Origin: Azolla caroliniana
Lineage: Eukaryota; Plantae; Polypodiophyta
DNA length: 64,000 nt
Direction of reading: 5' to 3'
NCBI GenBank assembly: GCA_043228905.1
Contig: JBHGNT010000001.1
Span: 13,206,001 to 13,270,000, forward strand
Numbering within the stretch: the stretch's first letter is position 1; each line of letters begins with the position of its first letter. Positions 25,760-36,070 of the stretch are shown piece after piece. The notes below the pieces were generated by a model, which was not told the DNA's origin, searched no databases, and was given only the letters and a program-made list of their open reading frames with translations. A program made the translations under genes and the position numbers.

Positions 25760-26225
25760 TGTTGACTGGCAAAGACTTACAAGCCGGATAAAGTCTTGAA
25801 TGGGAAAGGGATATTTATTTTAGAACCATCTATAATTATTATATTTTGAGAAGCGAACGGACGGACCCGGATTCGGTATGCCGATCCGGATTCGGACCGG
25901 TTCGTAGACAGTTGCCGGTTGGCACCAGTTCGTACCTAGAGCCAGTGACCTATAAAAGGACCCGGTTAGATTGTAATCAATTAGTGGTTTATTAATGAAA
26001 GTGTTGTTGTTCTATATCTTGTTTAATCTTTGAAGCTTTAAGTTAATTATCGTTCTATGCTTAATAGAATCTATCATGCGCGTGTATTGAGATCATTAAC
26101 CAACCCGACTAATAGCCGGTTAGGGATACGTTTGTATCACGGTCTACGCCTACCCCACTTGCACCACCCTTTGGTGAAGTGTCCTAGAGGGACACCATGT
26201 GTTAGGGCTAGTCCTGCCCCCGACA
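25760..26225 (+). repeat. GyB copy 2 3' LTR
   Basis: TGTTG...CGACA; shares blocks (ggacggac..ccgg, gacctataaa, accctttggtgaagtgtc) with 30491-30931. Confidence 0.85.
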
Positions 26226-26362
26226 ATGATGTTCGAGTCAAGCGCTCCGATCGAGGGAGTCGATCGTTGAGAGGACCGATGGAAGTTCCAGTCAAAGAAA
26301 GATTATGATCAAGGCATGTGGGATCGACGTGCAAGGCACTCTCCCACGGGCGTGCCATATTT

Positions 26363-27304
26363 TGTTACCGTATGCGATGTACGGGAGATTGATAAGTGTG
26401 ATAAGTGAGGGTGAAAGATGTAATGTGTTGATATGTACGTGTAATGTTATACGATTATGAGTGTTAATGTAAGTGTGAGTGTGGTGGATACAAAGAGGTG
26501 TGAGTGAGTGACTAGGTGTGAATGCCCAAGGGGCTTGCACCCTTGTGTATCTACCCTTTGTACCTATTTAACCCTCTATGGGGAATGAATGAAGAACAAT
26601 GATCATTTTCTCTCTCAATCTCTCTCTTGTCATTTCTCTCTCTCTTCCCTCCCCCTTAACGTTGAACCCCCTTGGGAGGGGGGTGGAGCCATTCTAGGCA
26701 CCACCCCCCACCCAACTATGCTTCTCAATGCTTTCCCCTTTAAAACAATCTGGGCCTGCCCCTTTTATAGCGTAAGGGACGACCGTTACATCAGGTCTAA
26801 TGAGCTTTCGTTATCCCCCCCCCCTCCCTCATTATTCTCCTCTATGTTGTACGTTTTAGGGTTAAGGTAAATGGTAATGATGATTGGTGATGGAGATGGT
26901 GTGTTTGATGAGGATGATGAGCGTTATAGGATTGATGGTGAGAGAGGCGACAAGCATTGAGAAGCATTGTGGGGTGGGGGGTGGTGCTTAGAATGGCTCC
27001 ACCCCCCTCCCAAGGGGGTTCAACGTTAAGGGGGAGGGAAGAGAGAGAGAAATGACAAGAGAGAGATTGAGAGAGAAAATGATCATTATTCTTCATTCAT
27101 TCCCCATAAGGGGTTAAATAGGTACAAACGGTAGATACACAAGAGTGCAAGCCCCTTGGGCATTCACACCTCTTTGTATCCACCACACTCACACTTACAT
27201 TAACACTCATAATCGTATAACATTACACGTACATATCAACACATTACATCTTTCACCCTCACTTATCACACTTATCAATCTCCCGTACATCGCGTATTGT
27301 AACA
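26363..27304. repeat. Long inverted repeat (arms 26363-26733 and 26952-27304) made of two opposed copies of an LTR-like sequence (family C)
   Basis: The arms are reverse complements with few mismatches; near-identical peptides appear on opposite strands in the ORF track. Confidence 0.92.
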
Positions 27305-27336
27305 CTAATACCGTTAATCTATTCTATTGTCTAGTG

Positions 27337-28609
27337 CATAGTTGTTAAAAAAAGTGTATTCTACGTTTAGAGTACGTTTTAGAATACTCTAAAGTATTCT
27401 ACACGTATGAATTCTACGTTTTAGAAATGCCGTTTTTTAAAATTTGACGTATTCAACGTATTTAACAAGTATTTATCATTTGAAAAAAAAACTTTAAATT
27501 TTAAGAAGTATTTAACGAATTTTACAAGTATTCTACACGTATTCTAAGTATTCCTACACATTGTCGTAGTGTAATTCGCACACTACGTGAAAATTGCATT
27601 TTGGTTCCTCCGGATGGGACAAGGAGGAACCGATAAGGAGGACTCGGTAAGGAGAACCGATGAGAACCGGATGAAGGAGGAACCGGTAAGGAGGAACCGG
27701 TAAGGAGGACCCGGTAAGGAGAACCGGTGAGAACCGGATGAAGGAGGAACCGGTAAGAACCGGATCAAGCAAAACCGGCAAGAGCCGGATAAAGAAGGCC
27801 GGTGAGAGTCTCTCACCGGATGAAGAGACAAATTTATAAATAGAAGAAAAGATTGTTACATGCATAGGGCAAGATTCAAACCTTGTACTTCCACGTAGAC
27901 AAACCCCAACCTTACCATTATAGTAACTTATCCTAAGTGTTCTAAATATAGATTTAACACGTATAAGACCTTTATTTACGCCTACCTTTATTAAAAGGTA
28001 AGTCATGCATTTTTAGAATGTGTGAATACTTTATTTATAAGAAAATGTACACCAATAAATAAATTACTCGTGCACATCTAGCGAGCATGAGCACTATATT
28101 TAGGAAATAAAAGCATAGTGTAAAAAGCAACTTATGCACATTTAGTGTGCATGAACACTTTAGAAAAAGCATGAACCTATGCTTAGCCTCTTCCATCCTT
28201 ATATAAGAAGGAGAGAAAGATGTATGATGTTGTTGATTATTTTACAAGGATTGATCAATCTAATATATTCGTGGGATTCACGAATTTATCATAAAAATTC
28301 TCTTTCTTACAATCTAAATATTGATTAAATACACTAAACACTTGGGATTCCTAAGTTTTATTTCTTACTTCTCTTTCTACCTATTCATAACTAGCCTTAT
28401 ATTGTATTCTTCTTTCTCCTAGTCCAAAACCTCAGTGGTTCCCACCTGACTCACGCAACGATCCGGAGCCGAAAGGCATGATAACGTATTCTAAGTATTT
28501 AACGTATTTAACATACTTTATCTATAAATTACGTATTCAAAGTATTTAAAAAAATAAAGTTAGAATACGTATTGTACACGTATTTTATGCTAAGTATTTT
28601 ACAACAATG
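27337..28609. mobile_element. hAT-like MITE interrupted by a GyA solo LTR
   Basis: TIRs CATAGTTGTTAAAA and TTTTACAACAATG; 8-bp flanks gtctagtg and gtttggtg (6/8 match); internal ACGTATT repeats. Confidence 0.65.
27562..28483 (+). mobile_element. GyA-family solo LTR, TSD ACAT/ACGT
   Basis: TGTCGTAGTG start; GGCATGATA end (decayed GGCACGACA); no PBS or PPT. Confidence 0.88.
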
Positions 28610-28617
28610 GTTTGGTG

Positions 28618-30480
28618 TTGCAATTTCGTCATATCGACCTGTAATGGTGACCTACGACCTCTCTATTCTATCTACGGTCTGCGCGTACACAACGCAAGGG
28701 ATATTCCTCTTCTTTTGCTCGATTCCTTGGTTCAAGACCCCCGCGGTGCTGCCCCACTTCTACGCATCCGCGCGGGTTTCCTATGGGCTGGGATCAGGAA
28801 AACAACGCGGCAGCCAAAGTGTCATGGTCTACGTTGGTTCTTCCCAAGAGTAAGGGGGGTTTAGGATTGATTGACCCTGGATTGTAGAGTCAGGCATTGC
28901 TATGTAAGGTATTGGTAAGGAGCTTGCTACCCGGTAATGAGTTATGGAAAACATTGATTCATAATAGGAGCATCCTCTAGAGTCCACGACTTGGTGGGCA
29001 TTGGAAGCCACATAAATCATGGTTTTTTTGTATGGACTTAAACCTGAGAAAATCTAATTGGTTGGCTGGTCACACATGTATGTCAGTGATGAAGGCATGG
29101 AGTATGTTTCGTGGGCATCTAAGTCGGATTGGTCCAAGTACTAATGTTGAATGGATGCACCAACCCCTATTGTGGAACGAGACATTAAAATCGACAAAGG
29201 GAAAGATGCTTGGATAGAGCAAGGGTATACCATGGGCTATATTGTATTGTGTAGGGATTCATTCAGTGGCAGATTGGATGCGGTTGTCCTCCAGTAATCG
29301 TGATAAATTATATGAAGACTTGGGAAAGTTCAGAAATGGCAAGAAGATGCTTGACCTAGTCAATACAACTATCTACTCTATTCCTAACAGTAATGGGGAA
29401 GAGGGTGAATGGTCCGGACAATGTGATGATATGGGAAAAATTATTAATGTCAGGGGTCTAGGAAAGAATGGGAAGATCGTTCAGTTGGGATAAATAGATG
29501 AAAGTGCAAGTTGGCACCCGATTAGAATTGTGGCATGAGACGACAAGAAATGGAAGGTGAATCCAACAATAAATGAGGTTGAGGAGGATTGGATCCTGTA
29601 CGTGGTTGAAGGCAAGCCACTCGAGTGCTTAGAATGGGATCCTGTTGAATATAAGTGGAAGGGAGAACAAGATAAATCAATAGGTTTCTTCGAATACTTG
29701 ACGCACTTGGGGGGAAAGTTATGTTGGCATCATGAGAAGTGTGCCAACAAATGGGCCCATGTAGTTGTTGATTCGGTCTTCGTGGATAGAACCAAGAGCA
29801 GGATATGGAACTCATCCCTCCACGAGCGGATCAAAGTGTTTTCCTGGTTAATCACCCATCGGGTTGTTCCAACGGGAGAGTGGCTTGGAAAAAGAGGTGG
29901 ATTAGTAGTTGCAAGGCATGTAGTGCGATCTTGGAGGACATCACACATTGTTTGTGGAGCTACCCATGAGCCCAAGAAGTTTGGACAAGGAGGTTAGAAA
30001 CTTGGCTCAATTCGGAGTTGATGTTCATGTATCGAGTGCAGTAGTCACTTGGTTGGCCACTGAATCGGTTGTGTGGTTTCAGGGTGGAATGGAAATTGTC
30101 CTTTAAAGGTGATGCAAGGAACTATACAAGCTTCAACGCAAGGAGGTTCATTCCACACACAAGAATGGTATGTGGACATATGGTTATTAGTGGTCAGTCT
30201 TATAGTTTGGCAAGTGTGGGTATCGAGGTGCAAGGAGACTTTCTCAAGTAAGCGAACCCCACAGGCTGAGAGTTTAATGATGATCCGGTTTAATCTTATT
30301 TCTATGTTACGAGGAGAGTTTGAAAGCCTTCAGGGGCCCTCGGACGCAAGTGAAGAAGCTAGAGCTCAGTTCCTTCTAAAATGGAGAGGTTCTCGGATGT
30401 TGCATATGGTGGATGGCAAAGCGAAGTGGAATTATCAACCACCACGGTGGTTGTTCCCTTTGAGTGTACCTAACATATAG
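28618..30480 (+). mobile_element. L1-type LINE ORF2 3' remnant (post-RT region plus zf-RVT), degenerate
   Basis: RAGFLWAG, GLID, IWNSSLHERIKVFSWLITHRVVPT and IVWQVWVSRC motifs in broken frames. Confidence 0.75.
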
Positions 30481-30490
30481 ATGGGTGCTG

Positions 30491-30931
30491 TGTTACCCGG
30501 CCGGCAAGAAGGCTTAAGGATGTCCAGACCAGAGTGTGAAAGGAATAGTTTATTCGGGAACTGTTGTAATTAATTTATTAATATGGACGGACGAACCGGA
30601 ATCGGTATGCCAATCCGGATCCGGACCGATTCCGAATAGGTGCCGGTTGGCACCGTTTTGTATTTCGCACGAGAGACCTATATAAAGACCCGGTTACAAT
30701 GTAATTGATAGCGGATAATTAATAGAACTTATTGCCTTAATCCTTCAATATTGATTACCGTTCTGTGCTTATTGTATATCTTACGCGTGTTAATGATATA
30801 CTGCTAAGTAATCGATTAAGGTCTAATTAAGCGTTGTGTCGTAAGTCATTATGTTGTAACACCCTTTGGTGAAGTGTCTTAAGTGGACACCCTACCCTGT
30901 GTTAGGCTGTTGTCCGGCCCTAGTATTAACA
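30491..30931 (+). repeat. GyB 5' LTR (TGTTA...TAACA)
   Basis: Direct repeat of 47239-47673; TATATAAA at ~30679. Confidence 0.95.
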
Positions 30932-30938
30932 CAGTTTT

Positions 30939-30949
30939 TGGCAACCACG
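30939..30949 (+). promoter_or_regulatory. Putative PBS, tRNA-Arg-like (TGGCAACCACG, probably a decayed TGGCGACCACG)
   Basis: TGG 8 nt after the LTR end; tRNA identity recalled, not searched. Confidence 0.55.
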
Positions 30950-30986
30950 ATTCTTGCACAATCGCAGTGAATAGCGGCGGGAATGG

Positions 30987-33900
30987 ATGACTAGGCCAAC
31001 AGACGACCCGGTTACAGAGAGAGCACGAAGACTTGCTGAACGGCGAAGGCGGCGGGAGGCTTTCCAGCAAGCAGCGGAAGAAATCCGATCGGATCGATCA
31101 TTTTCCAAAGTGATCCGGAAAGTGGCGGAGAAGTCACTCCGTCTGCAACAAAACGCTTACCTGGACGAAGGAAGCAACTTAAGCAGTCTCCGGGAAGCGG
31201 AATCCCTTCTCTAGGCTTTGGCCGGAAGAGACGGCGAATCTGAAGCATTTTCAGCGCTGGAATCGGATTCGGAAGGGGGTTATAGCGCGCACACGAACTA
31301 GCGCAGCAGTAACGACACCCCAGGAGGACCGGAGGACGAGGAGTCAGATACATTACCGACACCGGAACCAGAATTGTCAGACCAAGAACCTCCGGCACTA
31401 GACGTGGAGCAACCTCCGGAGACAGAAGAAGACAAGGAAAGACCACTGACACCGCCAGCCCGCGTACCGACACCAAACGACGACATGTCGTTCCAATACT
31501 CCAAGTATAGGGATGACCCAGACGCGGAGGCTCATGTTCACGCATTCCAACAAACATGGGAGGCAAACCATGTGTCACAACGGGTAACCGCGGCCGAAGA
31601 GAAACGATCTAAGATAGCCGAATTCGGCGTGACATTGGAAGGACCGGCCGCCAGATGGCACCTAACGCAGGACCCCAGCACCATCACCACCTTTGCGGAC
31701 CTAAAAGATAAATTCTTGCACTTCTTTCAGAAGGAGGTGGACCAGAGAGAAATGGTGGGCCTATTTTATACCATCCGGCAAGACCCCGGGGAGAGCATTC
31801 CGTAGTTCGTCATCCGGTTTCAACGGATGCACAGTCAGCTTACCCGCGCACCTCTGGAAGAAGAAACACGGGCTATATTCTTAGCCGTGCTCCGGGAACC
31901 TCTATGAACGGTATGCACGGTCATCGACTTTCGCACAAGCACCGTCGACCAGGTCATCTACCGGGTTAGAGAAATGGAGAAAACGAGCTCTTGGCTAACA
32001 ATGGGAGCCCTCCAACGAGCGTTACCAACCGATGAGGATATCCGGTTCCGGCAAGCAATCCAATGCACGACCTGCTTGAATTCCGGACACTCATTACTGG
32101 AGTGCACCATGCGGACGCGCTACTTACTCTGCCAATCTACGAGCCAAACGATGGACCGGTGTGAATATAACTTATTGAATCGGCAAGCACCACCAATCCG
32201 GCAAATCGAGCCACGTAGCAACCGAGACGAAGAAGACAAACGTTGGCGGCGAGAGGAGCGATATCGACCGGCACAGGATGTCCGGTACGACGATCGGCGA
32301 GACAACTATGACCAGTACAAGAGATATTATAGGTACCGAGATTACAATGGACGGTACGAGCATCACAACCGGGATCACTCCCCCAGGTATCACCAACGAC
32401 GGGAAGATTACGAGAGATATGACGACCAACCCCGTCAAGGGTACCGCAACAAAAAGAACTTTAATAAAAAACGTCATTTCAAAAAAGGGAGCCACCCACG
32501 TGAACCGGAAAAAGGCGCCTCAAGCAGCCAACCGAACCAAAGCCCCGCGGTTACCACAGGTCCTCCACCGAGTACAGGAAACAATGCCGAATCCAGCAAT
32601 ACCCGGAAAGCATATTGCTATTATTGCCGGCAAGAAGGACATTATAGTAATCAATGTCCGGCAAAAAGCTATGACAAGCGACCGGCAGTAAACATGGTAG
32701 TCGTCGAAGTCGCAAACCTGCAGCAGATTACCACAAGGTCGAAGGGCAAGGCGATGGAATGGGAGACACAAGAGGCCATCCGGATGCAGGCAACGGAATG
32801 GGTGAAAAAGGCAAATGAGCGAAACGTAGCAGAACTTGCGCAGCAAAAGGAGAACACCGAAGAGCTCGCTGGCGGCAGTCAGACCGAAAATGCGACATGG
32901 CAGGCACTACAGGAGTGCCAAATCACGCTGCCATTAGGACGGCTCCTACAACTAGTGCCCAGATTCACAGAAGGACTGAAGACAGGCATGACGACAGGAG
33001 AAACACCACCGGCACCAACATTCTTCTCAAATCCGGAGGAGGGACCGGCGATCACAGCCATCGTGAAGGGAAAGGAGTTACCCGGAACAGTAATAGATGG
33101 AGGATCCGGCGTCAATGTGATTAGCCTCCAAACATGCACAACCTTGGGAATCCGAGAGTGGGAACCATGCCCGTTCTGGCTACGGATGGCGGATACAAGC
33201 TCAGTGCGACCGACCGGCTTAATACGAGATTTGGAAGTAACAATCGGCGGCCACACATTTCGCATCTCGGCAGTAGTGCTACAATTACAGGCACAAGGAG
33301 CTTACCCGCTATTGTTGGGGTGGCCGTGGCTAAAAACGGCGCACATTAAACAAAACTAGAGAAAGAATATAATCACCTTCCAGCGGGGAAAAGCAAAAGT
33401 ACGGGTACCGACGCAACCACAGACGGGTACCGGGAAGGAATTGACACCCCTATATGCCGAATGTGTCAATATGCTGGACGGATTAGCAGACGAAGAGGTG
33501 GATCAATACTTGCAAGATAATCCAAAGATAGTACCCCTGTTCGAAATTGACGTAGCTGAAACCGTATCACCATACATACTGCCACCGGACGGAGCAGACG
33601 AAGAACCAAATAAAGAGGCAACCCGGGAGCTATGGCAAGCACAAGAAGCGTTGGAAAGAGAAATGGTCGTATCACAACGGGTTAAAGCATCCCAACTAGA
33701 GGAGGTAAATCTAGGAACTACGGAAGAGGCGAGACCGATGCAGATAGCCAAGGAAATGACGACGGAGAACAGAACAGCGATGATTACACTTCTCAAAGAG
33801 TTTCGGGACGTGTTTGCCTGGTCCTACGAGGATATGAGAGGGCTTGATCCTCAGCTATATCAGCATCAGATACATTTGAGCAAAGACGCCAAACCGGTAG

Positions 33901-35218
33901 CACAACGACGGTACCGAATGAACCCAAACTACGCCGCCAAGGTCAAGGAGGAAATCGACAAGTTGCTGAGGGTTGGCTTTATCCGTCCCGTAAAGAAATC
34001 TACATGGTTGAGCCCGATAGTAGTCATACCGAAGAAAAACGGCAAAATTAGAGTATGCGTCGACTACCAGAAGCTTAATGTGGCAACGATAACTGATGCA
34101 TTTCCACTTCCATTTACGGATGGAGTTTTAGACACAGTCGCCGGCCATGAGGTATACAGTTTTTTAGACGGATTCAGCGGATACAACCAGATCCGGATGC
34201 ACCCCAATGACCAGGAGAAAACGGCTTTCGTCACTGAATGGGGAGTGTTTGTTGCCGTAGTGATGATGTTCGGACTCAAAACGGCGCCGGCAACGTTCCA
34301 GAGGATCATCATGGAAATATTAGGAGAATTCATACCGGCGTTCATGCAGGTGTTCCTCGACAACTTCACCGTTTACAGCTGGGAAGGAGACCACCTTCAG
34401 CACCTCCGACTGTGTCTAGAAAAGTGTAGGGCTTACCGACTAAGCTTGAATCCAGCGAAGTGTGTATTCGGCGTGTCCAGCGGAACGCTACTGGGGCACA
34501 TTGTGAGCAAGGAGGGCATCGCCGTGGATCCGAACAAAGTAAAAGCAATCCTGGAGGCACCGGCACCAAAAACGGCAAAGGCATTGAGCCGTTTCTTAGG
34601 CCAAATCCGTTGGCATAGCCGAATGCTCCACTATTTGGCAGACCTAGCTACACCATTGCATGTTGCAGTACACCGAACACCGTTCCAGTGGACCGACACC
34701 GAAGACAAGGCGTACCGGACACTCAAAGTTCTATTGTCGCAAGCGCCAGTAGTGCAACCCCCCAGATTGGGCGAAAGAATTTCATGTGTTCGTGGATGCG
34801 TCCGACATTGCAATCGAGAGTGCGCTGATGCAACTTACGGAGCCAAGATGATACCGGCCCGTATATTACACAAGCCGGAAGTTATCCCAAGCCGAACGAA
34901 ATTATTCCACCACAGAAAGGGAAGCTTTAGGCATGATCTACAACGTAACAAAATTCAAGCATTATTTATTGGGAAGAAAGTTTTCCTTCAATGTAGATCA
35001 TTCGGCACTCCTCTACCTAGTGTCCAAAGCGTCACTTACCGGTAAGTTGGCCCGATGGACTTTGCTATTACAGGAATTCGAATTCGAGATATTCCACCGA
35101 CCCGGCATACAACATGCGGTAGCAGATTATTTAAGCCAGTTACATTCCGGCGAAACCGGCGACGGAGTATTGGACGAGTTTCCGGATGCTGAGCTATTTC
35201 GAGTCACCGTGGAAACGG
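30987..35218 (+). pseudogene. GyB gag-PR-RT-RNase H, with stops and one frameshift near 34760
   Basis: ORFs 30987, 31374, 31974 and 33441 are in one frame; VIDGGSGVN, DAFPLPFTD, VFLDNF, DHSALLYL. Confidence 0.9.
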
Positions 35219-36032
35219 TGTCGTAGTGTAAGTTGCACACTATGTGGAAATTATATTTTTGTCCCTCCGGATAGAGAATGGAGTGCTCGGTGAGAACCGG
35301 AAGAAAACGGCATACCGACAAGGAGGAAAACGGCATACCGGCAAGGAGGAAAACGGCATACCGGCAAGGAAGAAAACGGCATACCGGCAAAGAAGAGACA
35401 TAAATGTAAAAAAAAGGAAATTCTCACTACTGCGCAGGGCATGATTCGAACTCTGCACCTCCACGTTGACAAACCCCAACCTTACCATTACATTAAATTA
35501 TCTTAAGTGTTTTAAATATAGATTTAATATGTATAAGACCTTTATTTATGCATACCTTTATTAAAAGGTAAATCGTGTATTTTTTTAATATATGAAAAAG
35601 AAAAAAAACACGAGACACTAAAAATAACTCATGCACATCTAGCGTGCATGAGCCCTATACTTAGGAAATAAAAAAGCATCACATGCACATTTAGTGTGCA
35701 TGAACATATGAGAAAAAGCATGTAGCTATGCTTAGTCTCTCCCATCACTATATAAGGATGGGGAGCACATTGTAGTTGTTGTTGATTATTTGGATTAAGA
35801 ATTAATCAATACAAAAATTATTCGTGGGATTCACGATTTATACATCTACTTCTCTCTTAACACCCTAAGTACCAATTAATATAGTATACTCGTGTGATTC
35901 ACGAGTTTCTTATCTTTCTCTTTGCTATTTACTCATAATTAATCTCTATCTCACGAACTTCTTTCTCCTAGTCCAAGACCTCTGTGGTTCCCACCCGACT
36001 CACGCAACGATCCGAAGCCGAAAGGCACGACA
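35219..36032 (+). repeat. GyA 5' LTR with 23-bp tandem units
   Basis: TGTCGT...ACGACA; has one more ccggcaaggaggaaaacggcata unit than the 3' LTR. Confidence 0.95.
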
Positions 36033-36036
36033 CAGT

Positions 36037-36054
36037 TGGTGAACCCGACGTGAA
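36037..36054 (+). promoter_or_regulatory. PBS complementary to plant tRNA-Trp (TGGTGAACCCGACGTGAA)
   Basis: 18 nt complementary to the recalled tRNA-Trp 3' end ...TTCACGTCGGGTTCACCA; identical at 14013-14030. Confidence 0.85.
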
Positions 36055-36070
36055 GACGGGTGGCAAGGAG

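Larger units (their letters stand above)
17171..26225 (+). mobile_element. Ty3/gypsy family GyB copy 2, 5'-truncated and degenerate
   Basis: Colinear with 32014-47673 (gag knuckles, PR, RT, RH, IN, extra ORF); 3' LTR at 25760-26225. Confidence 0.9.

Noticed and set aside
30932-30960. Idea that GyB is simply a minus-strand element with inverted ORFs
   Set aside because: That would need a PPT on the minus strand next to this LTR. None exists, and the LTR TATA box is on +.
35214-35218. 5-bp TSD AACGG for the GyA element
   Set aside because: It would require the LTR to end without CA. The 4-bp ACGG keeps TG..CA and restores the host frame.
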